From contig DVLK01000098.1 of the NCBI GenBank assembly GCA_018715545.1, positions 9,101 to 73,100 of the forward strand: DNA of 64,000 nt, given 5' to 3'. Made by a program: the position numbers and the translations under genes. How positions within the stretch are numbered: position 1 is the first letter of the stretch; each line of letters opens with the position of its first letter. This document shows positions 28,016-36,520 of this stretch, piece by piece. Under the pieces are notes generated by a model. It saw nothing but the letters and a program-made list of their open reading frames with translations. It did no database searches and was not told where the DNA came from. Source of the DNA: Candidatus Caccovivens faecavium (GTDB lineage Bacteria > Bacillota > Clostridia > Christensenellales > UBA1242).

Positions 28016-28582
28016 ATGGAAAGAAAAACGATTTTAAAGCTTAAAGAAGTGTTTTCGCACGGCTACGCGTGGACAAGAGGCTGTGAGCATTATAGTTATG
28101 TTTTAAATAATGGTTATAATGTGGCTTATATAATAAATTGCTTTGGGCATGCATGCTTTAATTTAACCAACAAACAACTTGACAATCTGAATTTCAACAT
28201 GACAGACTATTATGCACTAAGAAATTTTTATAAATATAAAAACGAAACGAAAAGAGAGGTTTCAGAAGAGTTATTTTCTTTTGTCGAACAGGCGGGCATC
28301 AAGGTGAGTAGTTTAAGTCGAGGAATACTTAAACGCAACCAAACGGTGGTGGCGCTTTATATTGACGAAAAATATAAAGATATCCACTTTATCAAGCTGG
28401 ACGAATATGGCTGGTCGAGTAAATTAGGTATTACTCCGGGAATTAAGCTATATGAAAATGTTCCGGAAAAAATTTCGCCTTTTTATGAGTTTTATGATAG
28501 CTATATTTTAACCAACAAAAAAGCCGATGGGGATGGGGTGACAAAGAATATTGTTGACAACAATCCCGTTCTCATTCTATAA
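28016..28582 (+). CDS. Hypothetical 188-aa protein with a possible Cys...His (papain-fold-like) pair
   Basis: NCFGHACFNL near the N-terminus and DIHFIKLDEYGWSSKLG later, a pattern reminiscent of Cys/His hydrolases. No confident family call. Confidence 0.5.
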   Translation: MERKTILKLKEVFSHGYAWTRGCEHYSYVLNNGYNVAYIINCFGHACFNLTNKQLDNLNFNMTDYYALRNFYKYKNETKREVSEELFSFVEQAGIKVSSLSRGILKRNQTVVALYIDEKYKDIHFIKLDEYGWSSKLGITPGIKLYENVPEKISPFYEFYDSYILTNKKADGDGVTKNIVDNNPVLIL

Positions 28583-28589
28583 AAACAAC

Positions 28590-28618
28590 TTGACAAATTA
28601 TGTCATATTTTATAAAAT
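28590..28618 (+). promoter_or_regulatory. Promoter positioned for a leaderless mini-PolC transcript
   Basis: TTGACA (28590-28595), 17 nt spacer, TAAAAT (28613-28618), 6 nt, ATG (28625). No SD sequence. Confidence 0.6.
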
Positions 28619-28624
28619 GATAAC

Positions 28625-30154
28625 ATGAATTTTGAACAAGAGTTTAATAAAAAGTTTGGAGAGAGATTTCCTGATTTATATCTAAAAAATGTTGTTGTAG
28701 ATAAGGACACTTGCACAGTGACTTTTCTTTATCCATCCACTGATGAAACGCTTACCGATGTTGAAAAAGAGGAAATTATAAAGTTTATAGAAGAAAAACT
28801 TTCGCTTGTCTTTTTACATCTTAAAGTTAAATTCATGAAGGCCTATGTTGAAGAAAAACTCATAAGAAAGACGCTTTTTAATATACTTGAAGATAAATTT
28901 AAATTACTAAAAACATACATTCATGATGAAGATATCAAGGTTGAGATAACAAATATTGATTGTACAATCACCTTTGATGTCAGTCCGCGTCTTGCACAAT
29001 TTTTTGCTGATAATAAGGCGTCAGTGTATATTGCAAAGGCGCTAAAAGAAAATTTTTTAATTAATTTTAACATCAACTTGAATTTACTTGATGATAAGGT
29101 TGACGAAGTTGATATTGACAATATAGAGATAAAAACGACCGCGCGCAAAACTCAGAGATATGATGTATTGGTAATTAAAGAGGTGATTGGAAAAGATATT
29201 CCGCCAAAGCCAGAATATATTATAAATATTCAATCGCCTAAATCCTCGGTAATTTTAGCGGGCTACATTGGAGATTTGGAACGCAAAGATTTTGTCATTA
29301 AGAAGGGGGCGCGTGCAGGTCAGCAAAAAGCTTATTATAAATTTAATCTATTTGACGGCAAGGGTAAAATTGAGTGCTTATATTTTTGTCCAAAAAAATA
29401 TGAAAGAGATATGGATGCCTTAGAGGAGCATATGTTCCTACTTCTACATGGTGATGTGAAGTTAGGACTAAATGGCAAGTTGACACTATATATTGATAAG
29501 CTTGCTCTTGCAAGTGAAACTGAGCAGAAAGAGGTTGAAAAGCCTCGCGAGCAAGTTAAGGAAGTGGAAATAGAGAGGCTTGGAGCGCTTGAACAGGACA
29601 ATATGTTTGGTGAAGTTGAAAAATACAACCATAAGGTTATGGACCATAATATTGTGGTATTCGATGTTGAAACCACAGGCTTAAATCCTGAAACGGACCA
29701 AATAATTGAGCTTGGCGCTGTAAAAATTGAAAGGGGAAATATCGTTGAAAAATTCTCTACTTTTGTGAAGCCTACTATTGAAATTCCGTATGAAGTTACA
29801 GAGCTTACACATATCACAAATGAAATGGTGGAAAGTGCACCAAATATAGAAGATGTTATCAGGCAATTTTATGAATTTTCCAAGGACTGTGTGCTTTGCG
29901 GACATAATATTATAAACTTTGATATTAAGTTTATTAGGCGCTTTGGTAGTTACCAAAATTTGGATTTTAATAACGACTTAATCGACACAATGAACGAGGC
30001 GAGAGTATCACGCTTGAAAATTTCTAGGTTCAATCTTGGAACAGTGACAAAGGCGTTAGGTATTGAACTAAAAGGAGCGCACCGAGCGTGGAATGACGCG
30101 TTTGCAACTGCTCAGGTACTTTTAAAACTAAATGAAGCAGGAAGAAAGCTGTAA
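28625..30154 (+). CDS. PolC-derived exonuclease: PolC-like N-terminal region plus OB fold plus DEDDh 3'-5' exonuclease, with no PHP or polymerase domains
   Basis: Exo I VVFDVETTGL (aa ~345), Exo II GHNIINFDIKF (aa ~426), Exo III HRAWNDAFAT (aa ~486). An OB-like segment at aa ~205-295 (SSVILAGYIGDLERKDF...YKFNLFDGKGKIECLYF...LLLHGDVKL) is arranged as in PolC. It occupies the polC slot between rseP and rimP. Confidence 0.7.
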   Translation: MNFEQEFNKKFGERFPDLYLKNVVVDKDTCTVTFLYPSTDETLTDVEKEEIIKFIEEKLSLVFLHLKVKFMKAYVEEKLIRKTLFNILEDKFKLLKTYIHDEDIKVEITNIDCTITFDVSPRLAQFFADNKASVYIAKALKENFLINFNINLNLLDDKVDEVDIDNIEIKTTARKTQRYDVLVIKEVIGKDIPPKPEYIINIQSPKSSVILAGYIGDLERKDFVIKKGARAGQQKAYYKFNLFDGKGKIECLYFCPKKYERDMDALEEHMFLLLHGDVKLGLNGKLTLYIDKLALASETEQKEVEKPREQVKEVEIERLGALEQDNMFGEVEKYNHKVMDHNIVVFDVETTGLNPETDQIIELGAVKIERGNIVEKFSTFVKPTIEIPYEVTELTHITNEMVESAPNIEDVIRQFYEFSKDCVLCGHNIINFDIKFIRRFGSYQNLDFNNDLIDTMNEARVSRLKISRFNLGTVTKALGIELKGAHRAWNDAFATAQVLLKLNEAGRKL

Positions 30155-30299
30155 GTCACATTTTTAACTGTAACTTGTGGCAATGTCATTTAAATTAGAA
30201 AATATTTGCTGTAAATATGTTTAAATTTGGCTTAATTGGCTAAATATGTTATTAATTTTAAATTATTTATAGATTTTTTGAAAAATATATTAAAAAATC

Positions 30300-30328
30300 T
30301 TGCTTTTTTTAAATTTATCGGTTATAAT
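30300..30328 (+). promoter_or_regulatory. rimP-nusA-infB operon promoter
   Basis: TTGCTT (30300-30305), 17 nt spacer, TATAAT (30323-30328). Confidence 0.6.
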
Positions 30329-30347
30329 AATCTTATCTTGTGGCAGG

Positions 30348-30378
30348 GAGTGGGCAATGTTTGCTCACTCTTTGTGTT
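30348..30378 (+). promoter_or_regulatory. Leader hairpin plus U-rich tract (candidate attenuator) in the rimP-nusA 5' UTR
   Basis: 10-bp stem GAGTGGGCAA / TTGCTCACTC with one G-U pair and loop TGT, followed by TTTGTGTT and then the rimP RBS. Confidence 0.45.
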
Positions 30379-30392
30379 AATAGGAGGAAAAT

Positions 30393-30851
30393 ATGGCAAA
30401 AGTCAAAGAGATAAGTGAAGCAAAAGTAAGACCTATAATTGAGGGAATGGGCTATGAACTTGTGGATGTGGAATACAAGAAAGAGTTTGATGGTATGAGC
30501 CTTATCTTTACAATTGACAAAGAAGAAGGTGTGACAATTGACGACTGTGAAAAAGTAAATAAGGCGATTGACCCAATTATTGATGAGCTTAACCCGACAG
30601 ATGATGAGCCTTACACTTTGGTTGTTTCTAGCCCTGGACTTGATAGACAGCTTAAAACGGACAGAGATTTAAAGAGAACTCTCAATAAGGATGTGACATT
30701 AACTCTCTTTTCAAAGCTCAATGGGAAGAAGAACTTTGAAGGTACGCTTGTAAATTTTGACGATAAAACGGTCACGATAAAGATAGATGACGAGGAAAAA
30801 ATATTTGACAGAGATAAGATTGCTGGCTTAAAACTTGTCATAAAATTTTAA
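30393..30851 (+). CDS. rimP: Ribosome maturation factor RimP
   Basis: Typical size, YTLVVSSPGLDRQLK motif, and position before nusA. Confidence 0.9.
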   Translation: MAKVKEISEAKVRPIIEGMGYELVDVEYKKEFDGMSLIFTIDKEEGVTIDDCEKVNKAIDPIIDELNPTDDEPYTLVVSSPGLDRQLKTDRDLKRTLNKDVTLTLFSKLNGKKNFEGTLVNFDDKTVTIKIDDEEKIFDRDKIAGLKLVIKF

Positions 30852-30871
30852 GGAAGAATAAGGAGAAAATA

Positions 30872-32032
30872 ATGGTAAATAAAGATTTTTTTAAGGCATT
30901 AGAAGAATTAGAACAAGAGAGAAATATAGATAAAGACACTTTCATTCAAACGCTTGAAACTGCTTTGACATCTGCTTATAAAAAGATGTATGGCGAAGCT
31001 AAAAGTGCTATGGTAAAGCTTTATCCAGAACGCAACACTATAAGGATTTATTCCTATAAGACTGTTGTAGACAATGTTGAAGATGAGGACAAGGAAATTT
31101 CTCTTGAAGAGGCGAGAAAAACAAAAAAATCTTACAAAGTCGGCGATATTGTTGCCGTTGAGGAAACTACCAAAGATTTTGGAAGAATTGCCGCTCAAAC
31201 TGCAAAGCAAGTTGTTATGCAAAAACTTAAAGAGCTTGAAAGACAACAGGCTGCAAGCGAATTATCTGAAAAAGAGGATGAACTTTTAACGACCATTGTT
31301 AAGCGTATAGATGGAGATAATGTTTTTGTAAGTATTCCAGGCACGAACACAGAAGGTGCACTTATGAAACAGGATCAAATTCCAGGCGACAAATTTCAAG
31401 TTGGCGACAGAGTGAAAGTTTATGTAAAAAAGATTAAGGAATCTTTCCGTGGCCCTCAAATTCAAGTTTCAAGAAGCAATATTGGCTTTGTAAGAAAGCT
31501 TTTTGAACTGGAAATTCCTGAGATTGCAAGTGGCGAGGTGGTGATAAAAAATATCGCACGCGATGCAGGCAACAGAACAAAAGTGGCAGTTTATAGCGAT
31601 AAGCCAAATGTTGATGCTGTTGGAGCATGTGTTGGAAATAGGGGTTCAAGAATTAACACTATTGTCAATGAACTAAACGGCGAAAAGATTGATTTAGTCG
31701 AATATTCTAGCGATCCTCTTGAATATATTGCAAGAGCGTTAAGCCCAGCAAAAGTGCTTTCAGTTGAAACAAATGACAGCCTTAACATGAGCCAGGTTAT
31801 AGTTCCTGATGACAAGCTTTCCTTAGCTATTGGCAAAGGCGGTGTTAATGTTAGACTAGCCGCAAAACTTACAGGCTGGAAGATTGATGTTAAGCCTGAA
31901 AGCTACGTTAAGCCAGTTAAGGATGAAAAAGAACCTGAATATGAACTTACAGAGCTTACTGATGAAGATTCTTTCGATACAATGAGTGATCTTGATGACC
32001 TTGAAGAAATAAACGGAGATGATGAAAACTGA
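30872..32032 (+). CDS. nusA: Transcription termination/antitermination factor NusA
   Basis: N-terminal FFKALEELEQERNI, S1 domain and two KH domains (ACVGNRGSRINTIVNEL; AIGKGGVNVRLAAKLTGWKIDV), and an acidic tail. Confidence 0.97.
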   Translation: MVNKDFFKALEELEQERNIDKDTFIQTLETALTSAYKKMYGEAKSAMVKLYPERNTIRIYSYKTVVDNVEDEDKEISLEEARKTKKSYKVGDIVAVEETTKDFGRIAAQTAKQVVMQKLKELERQQAASELSEKEDELLTTIVKRIDGDNVFVSIPGTNTEGALMKQDQIPGDKFQVGDRVKVYVKKIKESFRGPQIQVSRSNIGFVRKLFELEIPEIASGEVVIKNIARDAGNRTKVAVYSDKPNVDAVGACVGNRGSRINTIVNELNGEKIDLVEYSSDPLEYIARALSPAKVLSVETNDSLNMSQVIVPDDKLSLAIGKGGVNVRLAAKLTGWKIDVKPESYVKPVKDEKEPEYELTELTDEDSFDTMSDLDDLEEINGDDEN

Positions 32033-32289
32033 TGCAAGAAAGATTAAGAATGTGTATCGTCTGCCATGGTCGCAGTGACAAAAAGGAACTTGTCCGCTTA
32101 GTTAAAAATAAAGATGGCGAAATCTTCTTGGACAAAACGGGCAAGGCTAACGGCAGAGGTGCTTATGTCTGCAAGTCAAAAGATTGTTTTGATAAGCTTA
32201 AAAAGACTAGGGCGTTAAATCGTGCTTTTAAGTGTGAAATACCACTTGAAATATATGAAAAACTTGGAGAGGAAATTGAAAACTCTTAA
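32032..32289 (+). CDS. ylxR: YlxR/RnpM (DUF448) RNA-binding protein
   Basis: RMCIVCHGRSDKKELVRLV...GRGAYVC. The TGATG sequence overlaps the nusA stop. Confidence 0.9.
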   Translation: MQERLRMCIVCHGRSDKKELVRLVKNKDGEIFLDKTGKANGRGAYVCKSKDCFDKLKKTRALNRAFKCEIPLEIYEKLGEEIENS

Positions 32290-32563
32290 CGGAATTATTA
32301 ACATTTGCCGAAAGGCAGGATATCTCATTATTGGCGGGGAAAATATTAAGAATAATCCGCATAAAATGTATCTTATATTAATTGATAAATCTAGTGGTGC
32401 TTCTCTTAAAAGAGAGATAAATCATTTAATAGCCTCGCGAAACATTCCATTTTTGGAAGTTGAAGAACTTGCAAAAACGGTCGGAATAGAAAATTGTAAG
32501 GCAGTGGCAATAAAAAATAAGGCACTAAGTGCTGAAATAAGCAAAATGATAAAAGGAGAGTAA
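32255..32563 (+). CDS. ylxQ: L7Ae-family ribosome-associated protein YlxQ
   Basis: NICRKAGYLIIGGENIK is family-typical. The start is uncertain: candidates are 32222, ATG 32255 and TTG 32276, none with a good RBS. Confidence 0.75.
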   Translation: MKNLERKLKTLNGIINICRKAGYLIIGGENIKNNPHKMYLILIDKSSGASLKREINHLIASRNIPFLEVEELAKTVGIENCKAVAIKNKALSAEISKMIKGE

Positions 32564-32564
32564 T

Positions 32565-35024
32565 TTGGCAAATCAATTAAACGGACTTAAAACAATAAAC
32601 AACTTACAGAGAGATGGCTCTTTGCAGAATTTATTATTATCTATCAAAAATTCTAAGCTTGAACTTGATACTTTTTCTAAAAAATTGCAAGAGAAAAAGC
32701 AGATTTTACAGGCAAAGCTGAGAGAGGAAGAAAAGGTAAAGGCTGAGGAAAATTTAAAAGCAAACACTATTGAAGAAAAACAAAAGGAAACACCCATAGT
32801 TACATCAACAACTTCAAAGCCTATTGAGGAGAAGAAGGAGTTTAAGCCAGGCGAAAATAAAAATAATTTCCGAAAGTTTGACAATAAGTTTGATAAAGAT
32901 AAGTTCCAGAATAGGAATTTTGCGGGAGCCAAGCCACAAAACAAACCTCCTTTTAACAAAAACGCACAGCAAAAGAATGGCAACAAGCCTTTTGTTTCAA
33001 CCAAAGCTAATAACTATAAAAGCTTTGCTCCAACTGAAAGCAGTGCCGTTTTAGCTCAACCAGAACGCAACTTTGGCAATAAGAATAAGCGTAGAAATGT
33101 TGAGGAAACTAAAAAGCAAAATCAGAAGCAAAAGAATATGGAGCGTTACGCTGGCAAAGATAACAATATCTATGTGCTTGATGATGAGAACGGCTTTGAA
33201 GAAACTATAATGGGTTCACGAAAACTTATAAAGAAGAAAAAAGAGGTGCAAATGGTTATTGCTCCTAAAATTACTCATGCTGTTTTAACATCAAGAGAAA
33301 TAACAATCAAAGATTTGAGTGAAAAGATAGGTAAACCTGTTTCAGAATTAGTTAAAAAGTGTATGCTTCTTGGCATCATGGCAACAATTAATAGCACCAT
33401 TGATTTTGATACGGCAGAACTTATTTGCTCTGATTTTGGTATAACGCTAGAACTTAAACTTGATAAATCTTATGAAGAAAAACTTATTGATATTTCAAGT
33501 GAAGATGATGATAAGAATATGGTTAAGCGTCCACCTGTTGTAACTGTTATGGGGCATGTTGACCATGGTAAGACATCCCTCCTTGATGCTTTCAGAAAAA
33601 GCAACGTGGTTCTTGGCGAAGCGGGAGGTATAACACAAAAAATAGGCGCATATCAAATTACATTCAATAATGAAAAAATTACTTTCATAGACACACCAGG
33701 TCACGCAGCATTTACAAAGATGCGTGCGCGTGGTGCTGAGGTGACTGATATTGCTATTTTGGTGGTTGCGGCGGATGATGGTATAATGCCTCAAACTGTG
33801 GAAGCAATAAATCACATTAAGGCTGCAAAAGTACCAATGATAGTGGCAATAAATAAAATGGATAAGCCAGGCGCTAATCCAGATCGAGTTATGCAACAAT
33901 TGACCGAACATGGTATTTTACCTGAAAAATGGGGTGGTGAAGCAATATGTATTCCTATTTCGGCAAAAACAGGTATGGGGCTTGATGAGCTTAAAAAGAT
34001 GATACTCTTGGTTGCTGAAATGGAAAACCTAAAAGCTAATCCTAACCGTAAAGCAACCGGTGTTGTTATCGAAGCCGAACTCGATAAATCGCGCGGACCA
34101 GTGGCAACAGTACTTGTTAAAAATGGTACGCTTAAAGTTGGAGATTCCATCATCAGTGGTATAACTTATGGTAAGGTTAAGGCGATGTTTGATGAAAACG
34201 GTAAGCAGGTTAAAAAAGCTCCACCATCGACACCTGTCGCTGTTATGGGCTTTAATGATGTTCCATCGTCTGGTGACCAAGTTTATGCTGTGGAAGATAG
34301 CTTATCTAAACAGGTTATTAACGAAAGAATTAATAAGATTAAAGCAGAGCGCGCAAAACAAACCTCAGGTGTTAGTGCAGATGACTTTATGTCAAGAATA
34401 CATGAAGGAAGCTTAAAGAACTTAAATATCATAATAAAAGCTGATACGCAAGGTTCAGTTGAAGCGTTACGAGGCTCATTAGAGGCTATTAGAAACGAAG
34501 AAGTAAAGGTTGTTACAATTCATAGCGGTGCGGGGGCAATCACAGAAAGTGACTTAATTTTGGCTCAAACAACAGGTGCTATCGTCATTGCATTTAACAT
34601 AAAAACACCGTCTAAAATCATGCAAATGGCTGAATCTCTCAAAGTTACAGTTTTTGAAACACGCATAATTTATGAAGCAATTGATGAAATAACCAAACTA
34701 TCGAAAGGCATGATGACAACAAAATATGAAGAGAAATATATCGGAAGTGCAGAAATTAGAGCGGTATTTAAACTTTCTAGCGCAGGAAAGATTGCAGGAA
34801 GCTATGTTACTGACGGTAAAATTCAGCGTAATTCTATTGCAAAAATCAAGCGTGGCAATGAAACAATCGCTGAAACCACTGTTGAATCTCTTAAAATTGT
34901 TAAAGATGAAAAAGCAGAAGTTGCAAAAGGCTTTGAGTGTGGTGTCAAATTTAAAGATAATGTTGATTTTGAGGAAGGAGATATGGTGGAATATTATATT
35001 AAAGAAGAGGTTAAGAGAGATTAA
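32565..35024 (+). CDS. infB: Translation initiation factor IF-2
   Basis: TTG start after AAAGGAGAG. G-domain motifs GHVDHGKTSLLD, DTPGH and NKMD. Low-complexity K/N/Q-rich N-terminus. Confidence 0.97.
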   Translation: MANQLNGLKTINNLQRDGSLQNLLLSIKNSKLELDTFSKKLQEKKQILQAKLREEEKVKAEENLKANTIEEKQKETPIVTSTTSKPIEEKKEFKPGENKNNFRKFDNKFDKDKFQNRNFAGAKPQNKPPFNKNAQQKNGNKPFVSTKANNYKSFAPTESSAVLAQPERNFGNKNKRRNVEETKKQNQKQKNMERYAGKDNNIYVLDDENGFEETIMGSRKLIKKKKEVQMVIAPKITHAVLTSREITIKDLSEKIGKPVSELVKKCMLLGIMATINSTIDFDTAELICSDFGITLELKLDKSYEEKLIDISSEDDDKNMVKRPPVVTVMGHVDHGKTSLLDAFRKSNVVLGEAGGITQKIGAYQITFNNEKITFIDTPGHAAFTKMRARGAEVTDIAILVVAADDGIMPQTVEAINHIKAAKVPMIVAINKMDKPGANPDRVMQQLTEHGILPEKWGGEAICIPISAKTGMGLDELKKMILLVAEMENLKANPNRKATGVVIEAELDKSRGPVATVLVKNGTLKVGDSIISGITYGKVKAMFDENGKQVKKAPPSTPVAVMGFNDVPSSGDQVYAVEDSLSKQVINERINKIKAERAKQTSGVSADDFMSRIHEGSLKNLNIIIKADTQGSVEALRGSLEAIRNEEVKVVTIHSGAGAITESDLILAQTTGAIVIAFNIKTPSKIMQMAESLKVTVFETRIIYEAIDEITKLSKGMMTTKYEEKYIGSAEIRAVFKLSSAGKIAGSYVTDGKIQRNSIAKIKRGNETIAETTVESLKIVKDEKAEVAKGFECGVKFKDNVDFEEGDMVEYYIKEEVKRD

Positions 35025-35035
35025 TCTCTTTTTTA
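35014..35035 (+). terminator. Small hairpin plus T-run overlapping the infB stop
   Basis: Palindrome AGAGAGATTAATCTCTT followed by TTTTT. Confidence 0.5.
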
Positions 35036-35081
35036 TTTAATTTCCTTTGTTTTTTTGAAGAAATTTTATATAATAGATACA

Positions 35082-35169
35082 GCGAAAGAATATAGTAGCT
35101 AGACAAAGTTTTAAAAGAGATAATTTAATCTTATTAAAAAACTTTTTGTTAAAGTCTTTATTCCTTCGC
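35082..35169. repeat. Long-range inverted repeat (GCGAAAGAATA ... TATTCCTTCGC) in the infB-rbfA spacer
   Basis: 11-nt arms with one mismatch enclose ~66 nt of AT-rich, internally self-complementary sequence. Confidence 0.35.
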
Positions 35170-35214
35170 TTTCGATAAACATACTAAAAACAATAGTAGT
35201 ATTATGGAGGTAAT

Positions 35215-35583
35215 ATGTCTAACAGGCAGGAACGCGCAAATAGCGAAATTCAAAAATGTTTAATTGAAATAATACAGGAGAAGATGAACGACCCAAGGCT
35301 CAACAAGATTATAAGTGTGACAGAGGTTAAAGTTAGCCCTGATTTTAAATATTGTAAAGTAAAAATCAGTGTGCTTGATGTCAAAGATATTGAGGCAGTA
35401 ACCAGTGTCTTACAAAAGTCTGAGGGGTATATTAAAAAGGAACTTGGTAAAATGCTTGATATGCCATATATGCCAAAACTAAAATTTGAGGTCGATAAAG
35501 GCGCGATAAGTACATTGCGCGTGGAAGAAATCTTAAAAAATTTAAACATTCCACCTAAGGAGGAGGAAAGTGACGGCGAATGA
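35215..35583 (+). CDS. rbfA: Ribosome-binding factor A
   Basis: RQERANSEIQKCLIEII...DPRL...VTEVKVSPDFKYCKV. Confidence 0.95.
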   Translation: MSNRQERANSEIQKCLIEIIQEKMNDPRLNKIISVTEVKVSPDFKYCKVKISVLDVKDIEAVTSVLQKSEGYIKKELGKMLDMPYMPKLKFEVDKGAISTLRVEEILKNLNIPPKEEESDGE

Positions 35584-36520
35584 AATAAAAAATAAGATTT
35601 GTGAAGCTAAAAACATTGCCATCTTTGGGCATCTTCATCCAGATTTAGATTGTTTTGGGGCGATGTTCGGAGCGAAGTTTCTATGTGAAAGCTTAGGCAC
35701 TAAATGCGATATGTTTAGTAATTTTTCTGATGACTTATTTTTACTTAATATTTTTCCAAAGACAGCATTTAAAGAAGAATTTAAAGAGAAAAAATATGAT
35801 TTAATCTTAATTGTTGATTGCAACTCGCTAGCTAGAATAGATGAATTATATCGTGATAAATTAATAGGTAAAAGGCTTCTCATTATCGACCATCATGAAC
35901 AGAATGAGCAAGAGGACAATGCAGATTTTTATATTAAGCCTCAAAAGTGTTCAGCGAGCATAATCATCTTTGAACTAATGGAAAAATTTGATATACAATT
36001 GACGGCGGAATATGCTACGTATTTATTCTCTGGGCTTGTTGGTGATACTGGAAGATTTTTGCATACAAATACGGATGCTAGCGCTTTTATTTGCGCGTCA
36101 AAGCTTTTAAAGGCTGGCGCTGATATTCAAAAGGTATATGATGTTATATATCGTTCACTTACTATGAAACAAGCAAGGCTAAGAGATTTTATGTTTGCAA
36201 ATTTAAAAGATAATGGTAAAAGAGTTTGCTATTTAGCTGTAAGCGAAGAAGATTTAGTGAAACTTCATGCATCTGTCGAGGACTTAAAGATGTTTGTGGA
36301 TGATATAAATAAGATTAAAGATTACGATGTAGTTATGCTTGCTTATGAGGTTAAGCCTAAGGAATTTAAAGTTAGTCTTAGGTCAAAAAATGGAGTAATC
36401 GTATCAAATATAGCAAATAAATATGGCGGTGGTGGACATAAAATGGCTGCGGGCTTTAATCTAATAGGCAATAAATATTCGATTACAAAAAAATTGAAAG
36501 CTATATGTGAGGAATTTTAA
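35570..36520 (+). CDS. nrnA: DHH/DHHA1 phosphoesterase (NrnA-like oligoribonuclease/pAp phosphatase)
   Basis: GTG start after AAGGAGGAGG. Motifs HLHPDLDCFG, IIDHHE and GGGGHKMAAG. Confidence 0.8.
   Translation: MTANEIKNKICEAKNIAIFGHLHPDLDCFGAMFGAKFLCESLGTKCDMFSNFSDDLFLLNIFPKTAFKEEFKEKKYDLILIVDCNSLARIDELYRDKLIGKRLLIIDHHEQNEQEDNADFYIKPQKCSASIIIFELMEKFDIQLTAEYATYLFSGLVGDTGRFLHTNTDASAFICASKLLKAGADIQKVYDVIYRSLTMKQARLRDFMFANLKDNGKRVCYLAVSEEDLVKLHASVEDLKMFVDDINKIKDYDVVMLAYEVKPKEFKVSLRSKNGVIVSNIANKYGGGGHKMAAGFNLIGNKYSITKKLKAICEEF

Noticed and set aside
30236-30418. 60-aa + strand ORF across the rimP promoter and leader
   Set aside because: It overlaps the promoter, the leader hairpin and the rimP start, and has no RBS.
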